From: a virus
Taxonomy: Duplodnaviria > Caudoviricetes
Reading direction: 5' to 3' (one strand)
Length of the DNA stretch: 57,904 nt
Virus record (IMG/VR): IMGVR_UViG_3300028883_000011
Span: 1 to 57,904 of that record
Part shown: positions 46,165 to 54,970 of the stretch, piece after piece
Numbering within the stretch: position 1 is the first letter of the stretch
Layout of the letters: each line of letters starts with the position of its first letter
Position numbers and translations under genes: made by a program
Notes under the pieces: model-generated
Databases searched by the model: none
Seen by the model: only the letters and a program-made list of their open reading frames with translations
Told to the model about the DNA's origin: nothing

Positions 46165-47612
46165 TCATTGACCTTTTTGCGGGAGGAGGAGGAGCATCCG
46201 CGGGGATCCGGGCCGCTCTCGGGCGGGATCCGGATATTGCCGTCAACCATGACCGGGTAGCCATCGCAATGCACGAAGCCAATCACCCGGGGACTGCGCA
46301 TTATCCAGAAGATATCTGGAAGGTACCACCACGCCGGGCTGTTGGAAAGAACCAGGTTGCCCTGCTCCACGCTTCGCCAGACTGTACCCATTTTTCCAAG
46401 GCCAAAGGCAATGCGCCGAAACGTGATCTGATGCGTCGGTCCCTGGCTTGGGTAGTTGAAAAATGGATGCGTGAGGTTCGGCCCAGGGTGGTTACTTTGG
46501 AGAACGTTGAAGAGTTTACCTTCTGGGGGCCTCTGGATTCCGAGGGAAAGGTTATCGCCAGCCAGAAGGGAACAACCTTCGCGGCTTTCATCCGGAGAAT
46601 CAAGCGCCTCGGCTACCAGGTGGAATGGAAAGAGCTCCGGGCCTGTGACTACGGAGCACCGACTATCCGGAGGAGATTATTCCTGATCGCCAGGTGCGAC
46701 GGATTGCCGATTGTATGGCCCGAACCGACTCATGGACCCGGGATCATTCCATATCGGACGGCAGCTGATATCATCGATTGGTCCATCCCAGTGCAATCTA
46801 TTTTCGATCGGAAACGACCCCTGGCAGAGAATACTCTCCGGAGAATTGCGAAGGGGATCCAGAAATACGTTGTTGAAACAGGAGAGCCGTTCATCGTACC
46901 AATTCAGCATTACAATGGCAGCAACCCAGCCCAGTCAATCAACAAACCGTTGCGGACAGTAACTGCCAGCCCGAAAGGTGGTGGTTTTGCACTCGCAGTC
47001 CCAACACTGATACAGACAGGATGGGGAGAAAGAAAAGGCCAGGCCCCTCGAGTTCCAGGACTCGAAAAGCCGCTGGGAACTATTATGGCTACCGGAATAA
47101 AACATGCCCTGGTTGCGGCCTTCATGACCCAGTACAACGGTGGATTTTATGATGGCGCCGGCCGGGATCTCCGGCAACCGGTGTCCACTATCATGCAATC
47201 GGGCAGCCACCAGCAGCTTGTTTCTGCCTTTATGGTGAAATACTACGGAACAGACCAGGATCCCCAGATGGGAGAACCATTGCACACCATCACAACCCGG
47301 GACAGATTCGGCCTGGTAACGGTCAACATTCAGGGTGAGCCTTATGTGATAACTGATATCGGAATGCGGATGCTGTCTCCCAGGGAACTGTTCCGGGCCC
47401 AGGGGTTTGATGATGATTACAAGATAGATATCACACATAAAACCGAATCGGGCAAAGTAAAACGGATTACGAAAACAGACCAAGTGAGATTGTGCGGTAA
47501 TTCGGTTTGTCCTCCCGTCGCTGCAGCGTTGATTGAGGCGAACCTTGGAGTCAAAACGCGGAGCTCGCTGAGATCTTCAAGACATCCAAATAGCATATCC
47601 GGTACTCAATAG
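46158..47612 (+). CDS. DNA cytosine-C5 methyltransferase
   Basis: DLFAGGGG, SPDC, ENV, RRRLF, GNSV motifs. Confidence 0.95.
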   Translation: MLIIDLFAGGGGASAGIRAALGRDPDIAVNHDRVAIAMHEANHPGTAHYPEDIWKVPPRRAVGKNQVALLHASPDCTHFSKAKGNAPKRDLMRRSLAWVVEKWMREVRPRVVTLENVEEFTFWGPLDSEGKVIASQKGTTFAAFIRRIKRLGYQVEWKELRACDYGAPTIRRRLFLIARCDGLPIVWPEPTHGPGIIPYRTAADIIDWSIPVQSIFDRKRPLAENTLRRIAKGIQKYVVETGEPFIVPIQHYNGSNPAQSINKPLRTVTASPKGGGFALAVPTLIQTGWGERKGQAPRVPGLEKPLGTIMATGIKHALVAAFMTQYNGGFYDGAGRDLRQPVSTIMQSGSHQQLVSAFMVKYYGTDQDPQMGEPLHTITTRDRFGLVTVNIQGEPYVITDIGMRMLSPRELFRAQGFDDDYKIDITHKTESGKVKRITKTDQVRLCGNSVCPPVAAALIEANLGVKTRSSLRSSRHPNSISGTQ

Positions 47613-47623
47613 AGTATTTCGGA

Positions 47624-47950
47624 TTGCAACGGACAAAAGAAGAGATGGAGTTTTTGAAGGGGAAAGGAAATCTACCCGGCAAGTTCAACGGGAACTGGAA
47701 GGGCGGGATCTCCAGGAACCATTATCACTACAAAAAGCTCCAGAAGCAGCGTTACCCGGAAAGAATCAGGGCCAGAGCCAAGGTCCATAGGGCTATCAGA
47801 TCAGGGCGCCTGAAGCGCCAGCCCTGTGAATATTGTGGAGCAACTGAAAACATCTGTGCTCACATTACGGACTATGAAAAACCTCTTGAGGGGATTATCT
47901 GGGTTTGCCGCCCATGTAACCGTAAACACCATCATAACGGAAAATATTAA
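47624..47950 (+). CDS. HNH-like/zinc-binding endonuclease-type protein
   Basis: NWKGG; CEYCG...H..DY.KPL...W.CRPC. Confidence 0.7.
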   Translation: MQRTKEEMEFLKGKGNLPGKFNGNWKGGISRNHYHYKKLQKQRYPERIRARAKVHRAIRSGRLKRQPCEYCGATENICAHITDYEKPLEGIIWVCRPCNRKHHHNGKY

Positions 47951-48041
47951 CTAAAATGATCATAATAGTGTTTTTGACCGGTGCAGCGTTCGGCGCTGCC
48001 GCGGTCAGTCTTTACGTATATTTTAAGACCAGGAGATTCTG

Positions 48042-48338
48042 ATGCCATCGTACGAAGCGAAAATTGTGGACGGGCAGCCGTCGCTCACGGAGACAGATAT
48101 TGAGGACATACTCCACCTGAATCCGGCACGAAAACACCCGTTTACCAGGGAAATGATACTGACTGCCCTGGAGACATTACGCCGGGATTGGGCGGAGAAA
48201 AACGGGAAGTCATTACCGCCTCAGCCGGTTGTCACTTCCGATCATCCCCCCTGCTCGACCTGCGGAGGAACTATTTTTTTGAGAACGGGCACCTGTCATG
48301 TCTGCCAAACATGCGGTTCCAGCCAGGGGTGTAGCTGA
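48042..48338 (+). CDS. Small protein ending in an NrdJ-like C-terminal zinc finger/Cys tail
   Basis: CSTCGG...RTGTCHVCQTCGSSQGCS. Confidence 0.6.
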   Translation: MPSYEAKIVDGQPSLTETDIEDILHLNPARKHPFTREMILTALETLRRDWAEKNGKSLPPQPVVTSDHPPCSTCGGTIFLRTGTCHVCQTCGSSQGCS

Positions 48339-48523
48339 TGGCGAAAGGAATCAAAGCAGAAAAGGTTCTTCTTTCCGCTGTTGGAAAAGAACATAAATGC
48401 CCGCATTGTGGGTACTATAATCACTCAGAAAATAAAATCCATTTATGTGGTAATTGTCATTGCCGATGGTGGAAAACAAGAAGCGGGAATTTTATGTACG
48501 CGAAAACTAGAGGCTACAAGTGA
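48338..48523 (+). CDS. Small zinc-ribbon protein
   Basis: CPHCG...CGNC. Confidence 0.55.
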   Translation: MAKGIKAEKVLLSAVGKEHKCPHCGYYNHSENKIHLCGNCHCRWWKTRSGNFMYAKTRGYK

Positions 48524-48641
48524 AACGAAAAAAACAACCTTACAACCACCCAGCCAGGGGTGTTCTTAATAATTGGAACATACAGGTTGAAATATCCACT
48601 AACTATGAAAATAATGGTTTAAATTATCTCTACATCATTTT

Positions 48642-49121
48642 CTACTTATAGAGATCTTCAAAAAACTTAAAAACTGGTTCTTCTCTATTACCGCTTATTG
48701 TTTCATCAAGAGGTTTTACAACTTTGATCAGCAATTTATCAATTTGTTCTTTTACTGCAAGTTTTTTAACTTCTTCTAGATTAAGAAATTTCAAGCGATG
48801 ATATGTATAAATATTGGAAAAATGATGTGAAACTCGCCTTCTGGCTTTATCAATCTCTTTAAATTCATTTGGATTATTTTCTTTTATTATAGTAAACCAG
48901 GTTGCAAAAAACGTATCATCGTTCTCAATTTCAATGTTATTTTCGTTTTTCCATTCGATTAAGGAATTAATTGCATCATACATTGATTCTGAAGAATATG
49001 ACTCAAGTATATTAAAAAAAAACTGACCATGAGCTGATTTTTTTGCGTCTTCTATAGACAGGAAAGCCGCAATTACCATTAAAAAAGTTGCAATGGCCAT
49101 AATCCAGGTTGCACATTCCAT
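48642..49121 (-). CDS. AT-rich moron, N-terminal TM membrane protein
   Basis: Opposite strand, visibly AT-rich, RBS AAGGAG. Confidence 0.7.
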   Translation of the reverse strand: MECATWIMAIATFLMVIAAFLSIEDAKKSAHGQFFFNILESYSSESMYDAINSLIEWKNENNIEIENDDTFFATWFTIIKENNPNEFKEIDKARRRVSHHFSNIYTYHRLKFLNLEEVKKLAVKEQIDKLLIKVVKPLDETISGNREEPVFKFFEDLYK

Positions 49122-49292
49122 TTTGTCTCCTTTAACTAATATGAGAATTCAGGAACACGTATCAAGTACATGTCCCTGAATTTACGTATTTAAACATGAA
49201 TGTTAGTAGGAAAAATTTTTTAGATATTTAAATCAGCTTACTGATAGCATCCATTTATGAAATTTTCAAACGATCAAAATAAGGGTTAGAAA

Positions 49293-49682
49293 ATGACACC
49301 AATTGAAATGATATCCGAAGAACGAAAACGGCAAATCGAAAAAGAAGGTTGGACTGCCGATCACGATGACCAGCACGAAGACGGTGAATTGGCAATGGCT
49401 GCTGCTCTCTATGCCTCACCGGATGACAGTATGATGATTGTCGAAAGATGTGATTGTTGCGGTTCTGTTGAGAAGCTGAAAGATCCGTGGCCATGGTGGG
49501 ATTATTACAACTATGACCGATATAATGATGGTGGTTGCAATGTCCATCATCATGCATGGGACAAGCGAGACAAGCATGATCGAATGCGGCGTTTGCAAAT
49601 TGCCGGGGCATTAATTGTCGCAGAGATGGAACGATTGCAACGGGTTTTTGACTCACAGAAAAAATCCGGAATCCCATTTTAA
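49293..49682 (+). CDS. Conserved phage protein
   Basis: ERKRQIEKEGWTADHDD.H..GELA.AA...AGALIVAEMER. Confidence 0.8.
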   Translation: MTPIEMISEERKRQIEKEGWTADHDDQHEDGELAMAAALYASPDDSMMIVERCDCCGSVEKLKDPWPWWDYYNYDRYNDGGCNVHHHAWDKRDKHDRMRRLQIAGALIVAEMERLQRVFDSQKKSGIPF

Positions 49683-49749
49683 AAAAAACTGTAAACCATT
49701 GGAGATATAACACTTTTATTCCATCAACCGATTTTTTGAGGGCTAAAAA

Positions 49750-49992
49750 ATGAACGAATGGGAAGCTAAATATCGGGCTTTATGCCAAGGGGTGAACGAT
49801 AAAGATCTAATAGATAAAGCTGAATATCTAGTAGAAAGGGCGGTCAAAATTTCCGTTTCATCACAGCTGAATTTTTGGACTGTTTTCCATGCCTTATCAA
49901 CGATGGTTAGCAGGTTAAGGCCGTTACCGGATTTGGAGAAACTGAAAAGCCTTGACCCGCAAAAATTTTTAGAATCCGGCTCCGAATCGTAA
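49750..49992 (+). CDS. Hypothetical protein
   Basis: RBS GAGG. Confidence 0.55.
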   Translation: MNEWEAKYRALCQGVNDKDLIDKAEYLVERAVKISVSSQLNFWTVFHALSTMVSRLRPLPDLEKLKSLDPQKFLESGSES

Positions 49993-50048
49993 TAGATAGA
50001 TTTTGGAGTTAAACAAAGCTTAACCAATGAAAGCGCGATCTAATACAA

Positions 50049-50101
50049 GGGGCACCTGGTGAAAACCCATTCTCCGGGTTCGAGCCCCGGCTGCCCCTTC
50101 A
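50049..50101 (+). ncRNA. tRNA-like element 2 (acceptor stem plus T arm, D arm missing)
   Basis: GGGGCA/TGCCCC stem; CCGGG-TTCGAGC-CCCGG T arm. Confidence 0.5.
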
Positions 50102-50120
50102 TTCTCAATAAAAGGAAACC

Positions 50121-50537
50121 ATGAAAAACGGAATGCTCATCATTGAAGACATCTCCCTTGTCTGGGTGGATGAGGAAAAAACCAGGTATGAATTGACGCG
50201 CTCAGGCCAAAGGCGTTCGATGAAAGTCGAAGGACCCGACGGGACGAAAAAAAGGCTGAAGGTCAGCACTGAAATGGTGCACGGAAAAACCTACAGCAAC
50301 TCCCGAGGGGAGAAGGTCTGTATCGGCATGACAGGGGATGCAGTTAAGGCCCTGGGCTGGCCGGTGGACAATATCGAACGACTGGAAACAGAAGGGTTGA
50401 GAATGCTGCAGATTAATAGCGGCCTCCGCCGGCAGCTGGCAGAGATCGGGGGCAAGGCCCAGCGGCTGGAGAGCCAGGTGCAGAGATTCGAGTCAATGAC
50501 GATCTGGCAACGGATCAAGTTTTTGTTTGGAGGATAA
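50121..50537 (+). CDS. Hypothetical protein
   Basis: RBS AAGGA; C-terminal WQRIKFLF. Confidence 0.7.
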   Translation: MKNGMLIIEDISLVWVDEEKTRYELTRSGQRRSMKVEGPDGTKKRLKVSTEMVHGKTYSNSRGEKVCIGMTGDAVKALGWPVDNIERLETEGLRMLQINSGLRRQLAEIGGKAQRLESQVQRFESMTIWQRIKFLFGG

Positions 50538-50953
50538 TGCTGCTTTCAAAGATATCTGACTATTTCACCAAAAAATGGGAACAGAAGGTCCGCGATCACT
50601 GTGACTCCCAATACGAAAGGATCCAGGTAAAGCCCGGCGATCTCCATCTCTATTGGAAATGTCACTATGTCGCCACCCATTATGCCATCGAAAACGATCA
50701 TGAAAAGCTGGCGCTGGTAACTCAGCGTGAAAAACAACACACGCTTCCAGTAATTCACTTCGTCAATTTTGATGGAAAGGATTTCATAGACAACTCAATG
50801 GGGCATTGGGTCAACAGCTATGAGTACCGGTTTGTCCGGTGGGTCCCGAAAGAGGAGTTCTACGATACAGTCTATATCCTGGGTGACACGAAGAAATTTT
50901 TTCAAAAAATGGCGACCTTTTTCCAGAGAAGGTTTGGGGACACGGAGAATTGA
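50537..50953 (+). CDS. Hypothetical protein (possible Cys-His-Asp papain-like fold)
   Basis: CHYVA...IHFVN...FIDNS. Confidence 0.55.
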   Translation: MLLSKISDYFTKKWEQKVRDHCDSQYERIQVKPGDLHLYWKCHYVATHYAIENDHEKLALVTQREKQHTLPVIHFVNFDGKDFIDNSMGHWVNSYEYRFVRWVPKEEFYDTVYILGDTKKFFQKMATFFQRRFGDTEN

Positions 50954-50954
50954 G

Positions 50955-51356
50955 ATGAGAGAGATTAAATTCAGAATATGGGGGCAGATGTCAATCGGTG
51001 TCATGGGTATGTACTATGGTGGATTTTCGATCCATGCAACCGGAAAGATTGAACCACTCGCAGGACTTGGGCCGCGAGAGCCAATTACGCTCATGCAATC
51101 CACCGGTCTGAAAGACAAGAACGGCAAAGAGATTTACGAGGGTGACTGCGCCAATGTTACGCTCTATCTCATGTCGGGGGTTGACCAAAATGAGGCAGAG
51201 ATATTGGAGCCTGAAAGTTGCGTATGCGACGTTTTTTATAGCAAAGACGGATTTTCGGTAAATTTTGAAGGAATTGGAGCCCTGCCTCTTTCGTATTGTG
51301 AGGACATAGAGATCATTGGCAACATCCATCAAAACCCAGAGTTACTAAAAAAATGA
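50955..51356 (+). CDS. YopX-family protein
   Basis: MREIKFR.W, MQSTGLKDKNGKEIYEGD, IIGNIHQNPELL. Confidence 0.9.
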   Translation: MREIKFRIWGQMSIGVMGMYYGGFSIHATGKIEPLAGLGPREPITLMQSTGLKDKNGKEIYEGDCANVTLYLMSGVDQNEAEILEPESCVCDVFYSKDGFSVNFEGIGALPLSYCEDIEIIGNIHQNPELLKK

Positions 51357-51571
51357 CTCAGCGACTGACAACTAGGATTAAAAGCCTGGAGGACAGAAAT
51401 CGAAGCTTAATCTTGGCGGTCGATAAACTCATTCAGCAACAAACCGTTATGATGAGGAACCAGACAATATCGATAAGGACGATATCCCTTCTGGCATCCC
51501 AGGTAAAAGACCTCCGAGCTGAAATAATTCGTAAAGAACTCGAACAGGAAATCGAGGAAGATGGAATATAA
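51353..51571 (+). CDS. Coiled-coil hypothetical protein
   Basis: ATGA coupling. Confidence 0.55.
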   Translation: MTQRLTTRIKSLEDRNRSLILAVDKLIQQQTVMMRNQTISIRTISLLASQVKDLRAEIIRKELEQEIEEDGI

Positions 51572-51722
51572 GATTCTCGCAGACACAGAGCCCAATCTTC
51601 TTGAGAAAAGGGTAAACGAACATATTCAGGAAGGATGGCAGCCTTTGGGTGGGATAGCTATTCCCACCGACAATGAAGGCGAATTTTACTTCCAGGCCAT
51701 GATCAAAAAGCCTGATAAGTGA
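51561..51722 (+). CDS. DUF1737-like small protein (missing from the ORF track)
   Basis: MEYKIL...LEKRVN..IQEGWQPLGG...FQAMIK. Confidence 0.75.
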   Translation: MEYKILADTEPNLLEKRVNEHIQEGWQPLGGIAIPTDNEGEFYFQAMIKKPDK

Positions 51723-51740
51723 GGGGCCGGTCAGCATAGT

Positions 51741-51867
51741 CTCTGGTTAGCTTAAGTAAAGCGAAACGCCTGGTATAGCCCGCTGACGACAAAATAGGCG
51801 TGGTTCCGAAAGGGTAATGGTCGTCATATCAGGTAGGACTCCGGTTAAATTCCGGAACCATAGACAA
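51741..51867 (+). ncRNA. tRNA-like element 3 with long central hairpin, enclosed by an outer stem
   Basis: CTCTGGT/ACCATAG acceptor; TAGCTTAAGTAAAGC D arm; TCCGG-TTAAATT-CCGGA T arm. Confidence 0.6.
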
Positions 51868-51937
51868 AGATTGCTGGCCGGTCTTAATGAGGTTTTGGGC
51901 AGGTCCTGTATTTTGTAATCATTGGAGAAGGCAAAAA

Positions 51938-52261
51938 ATGAGCATTGAATCAAGCCAGACATATAATCTCAATATATTGTTTGGGACTGTTGAGGCAAAA
52001 ACTTTCCATAAATTTGAAAATGGCAGAATGGTTTCATATTGCTATTCGATCAAAAGAGATAGGGACGGCAGAGAGATTTCACGAACAGAGCCAGTGGCCA
52101 TGTCGTCTGTTGGCTATGATGACGGGACCCCGTTCTCCGAAGATGAGTACAAAAGGCTGATGGATGGGAACCCTCCTGTTCGCAGAAAAACCGGGAGGCT
52201 TTTTGGAATCATTAAGGGGTTAAGTAGTGCAAAACTTTCAAGAAAGGGAAGCAATGGATAA
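51938..52261 (+). CDS. Hypothetical protein
   Basis: RBS GGAG. Confidence 0.6.
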   Translation: MSIESSQTYNLNILFGTVEAKTFHKFENGRMVSYCYSIKRDRDGREISRTEPVAMSSVGYDDGTPFSEDEYKRLMDGNPPVRRKTGRLFGIIKGLSSAKLSRKGSNG

Positions 52262-52472
52262 ACAACTGCAACAGGCGCTTCAAGCGCTCCAGAATCGAAA
52301 GGAAACTCTCGCCCGGGATCTGGCCCGAGAGATCAGTAAGCTGATGGACGAATTTGTGGATGACACCGGGGTGGAGGTTGTGCGCATCGGCGTTGGAATA
52401 GAAAGTCTGCAAACGATTGGCAGTCGGCCGAAACTGATGGTATCGAGCATCGGGGTGGATTTGAATTTATAA
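52254..52472 (+). CDS. Hypothetical protein
   Basis: Coupled to the upstream gene. Confidence 0.6.
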   Translation: MDKQLQQALQALQNRKETLARDLAREISKLMDEFVDDTGVEVVRIGVGIESLQTIGSRPKLMVSSIGVDLNL

Positions 52473-52501
52473 GAAAAATGTACGATAAATGTGTTTTCTC
52501 T

Positions 52502-52876
52502 TCACCATTCCAACGATTTTTTACTGGCAGCCAGGTTTTCTTTATACATCATCCAAATTGTGGAATAGTTGCACATATCCAGACCGCTGTTGCAGTAGTC
52601 TTTGATCACGCGATCCATGATAGCTCTATTCGTTGCTTGGGTAGCTTTTTTAAAACAATCAAGATTCTCCCTCTCCATCATCCTCAAAGTAGTCTGCTGG
52701 CACATATCCAAACCGCTTTTACAATAATCCTTCTCTACGCGTTTGCGAATAATTTGAACGACTCGCTTTTTATGACTTTCCGATCCATCAAAATCCATTG
52801 GATGTAAAAAATCAGCTAATGCATTCCAAGGGAGCAGGAGAAGCACAGAGGCAAGTATCAGTATATATTTTTTCAT
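52502..52876 (-). CDS. Secreted Cys-containing protein with internal duplication
   Basis: Signal peptide; KDYCKSGLDMC / KDYCNSGLDMC. Confidence 0.72.
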   Translation of the reverse strand: MKKYILILASVLLLLPWNALADFLHPMDFDGSESHKKRVVQIIRKRVEKDYCKSGLDMCQQTTLRMMERENLDCFKKATQATNRAIMDRVIKDYCNSGLDMCNYSTIWMMYKENLAASKKSLEW

Positions 52877-53176
52877 TTGTCCTTTTTTCCGGGGTGATTT
52901 CTGAACAGTAATTTTACGATTAATTGGTTTACAGAACCAGTTGTTGAATACAACCGCCATCAAAATTTGTCAAATTAATGCAATATCAGCAGAATTCGCC
53001 ACAAATCCGCTAGAACTTCAGAAAAGTCCGCACATAATTGTTGGACATGTCCAACGTTTACGTGACTTTTTTTTACATCCCGCCTTTAATTAAATCATCG
53101 CTCACTCCTCACCGTGGGGGATGATTCCACTACCCGTTTCGTCCCCCACTATTTTAAGGCATTTTCCGATAGTCAC

Positions 53177-53572
53177 ATGGCCGGCAAGAAACAGACCAGC
53201 AAAGAGAAGGTTCTAAAGGCTATTCAGGATTCTGGTGGCATCATTAGCAATGTAGCAAAGAAGCTGGGGTGCACCTGGGAAACGGCGAGCAACTACATCA
53301 AAGATGATGAGGATTTGACAGCCGCCCTGGAGATCGAAGGAGAGGTCTTACTGGATGAGGGTGAGAACGCACTGAGAGCTCTGATCAAAAAGAAAGACGG
53401 CCGAAGCGTACGGTACCTTCTTTCAACCAAAGGGAAAAAGAGAGGCTACGGCGAGTCCCTGGACATCAACGCCAACCTGAAGGGTGGAGCGATCGTCGTA
53501 CCAGAACAGGAATCCATGGACGATTACCGGAGACTGGCAGAGGAGCACCAGAAATCAACAAATGGCGGATAA
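53177..53572 (+). CDS. terS: Terminase small subunit
   Basis: N-terminal HTH (GIISNVAKKLGC), YLLSTKGKKRGY; precedes terL. Confidence 0.8.
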   Translation: MAGKKQTSKEKVLKAIQDSGGIISNVAKKLGCTWETASNYIKDDEDLTAALEIEGEVLLDEGENALRALIKKKDGRSVRYLLSTKGKKRGYGESLDINANLKGGAIVVPEQESMDDYRRLAEEHQKSTNGG

Positions 53573-54965
53573 GCCGATCATATGGGTTTGCCAAGAAGGC
53601 GGGCAGAAGAAGTTTTTGGCCTGTCCTCTCTTCGAGGTCCTGGGAGAAGGAAACCGGGGAGGCGGGAAAACAGATGCCCTGCTGATGGATTATTACCAGT
53701 TCGTTGGCCAGGGATTCGGCGAGGCCTGGAAAGGGATACTTTTTCGAAAAACCTATAAACAGCTGACCGATGTTATTTCAAAGAGCTGGAAATGGTTCAA
53801 ACAGACATGCCCTACTGCAAAGTACAACCGATCAGAATATTTCTGGGAGTTCCCTGGCGGAGAGCGACTCCTCCTCCGGTACATGGAGAGACCAGAGGAT
53901 TACTGGAACTACCATGGCCACGAATACCCATGGATTGGTTGGGAAGAACTGACGAACTGGGCGGATGCCAAGTGCTATGAATCAATGATTGCATGCTGCA
54001 GGTCATCGAAAGAGGATATGCCCCGGCGGGTGAGGTCGACCACCAACCCATACGGCAAAGGGCACAACTGGGTTAAGACGTATTTCATAGACCCGGCTCC
54101 GATCGGAATTCCGAGCCTGAACGAGAAAACCGGGGAACTGAAGATTGCTATCCACCTGGATCTGGATGACAACCTGGCGCTGCTGAAAGCGGACCCAAAA
54201 TATAAGAACCGGCTCAAGGGTATATCCGAAGAGAACAAACGAAAGGCCTGGCTGGAAGGATCATGGGACATAACATCAGGCGGAGGTATCGATGACATCT
54301 GGAACAGAGAGATCCACGTTATTCGGCCGTTTGATATCCCTGCAGACTGGCGGGTTGATCGTTCGTTCGATTGGGGAAGTTCTAAACCATATTCAGTCGG
54401 GTATTGGGCTGAAGCCAACGGGAACCCCGTTACCCTCCGAGACGGAACCCAGCGAACCTTCCCCCGGGGAACATTGTTCCGGATCGCCGAAAAGTATGGA
54501 TGGAATGGAGTCCCTAACACCGGGACGCAGGAGCTCGCTGTCGAGATTGCTCAGAAGGTCGTCAGCATCGACAAGCAGCTACAGAAAAAATACGGGGTCA
54601 GGGTAAAGCCGGGACCAGCAGACTCCTCCATCTTCGATGTGGTTGAAGGTGACTCGATCGCAGACAAGATGAAGAAAGCCGGTGCGAAGTGGGTACCGGC
54701 CAATAAAGGACCTGGCAGCCGGAAAAATGGGCTGGAGATACTAAGGCAATATTTGAAAGCCTCTCTCCCGAAGAAACCGGAAAAACCAGGTCTGTATATC
54801 TTTGATACATGCACGCATTGGATCAGGACGGTGCCGACGTTGCCGAGATCGGAAAAGGATCCGGATGATATCGATACCGAAGCAGAAGATCACGCGTATG
54901 ACGAGACCAGGTATAGGCTCCTGACCAAGAAACACGGGAAGAAAACCCAGAACACTCACATGTAA
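53562..54965 (+). CDS. terL: Terminase large subunit
   Basis: GNRGGGKT, WEELT, TTNP..GH.WV, FDWG, EDHAYDETRY. Confidence 0.95.
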   Translation: MADKPIIWVCQEGGQKKFLACPLFEVLGEGNRGGGKTDALLMDYYQFVGQGFGEAWKGILFRKTYKQLTDVISKSWKWFKQTCPTAKYNRSEYFWEFPGGERLLLRYMERPEDYWNYHGHEYPWIGWEELTNWADAKCYESMIACCRSSKEDMPRRVRSTTNPYGKGHNWVKTYFIDPAPIGIPSLNEKTGELKIAIHLDLDDNLALLKADPKYKNRLKGISEENKRKAWLEGSWDITSGGGIDDIWNREIHVIRPFDIPADWRVDRSFDWGSSKPYSVGYWAEANGNPVTLRDGTQRTFPRGTLFRIAEKYGWNGVPNTGTQELAVEIAQKVVSIDKQLQKKYGVRVKPGPADSSIFDVVEGDSIADKMKKAGAKWVPANKGPGSRKNGLEILRQYLKASLPKKPEKPGLYIFDTCTHWIRTVPTLPRSEKDPDDIDTEAEDHAYDETRYRLLTKKHGKKTQNTHM

Positions 54966-54970
54966 AAGCC

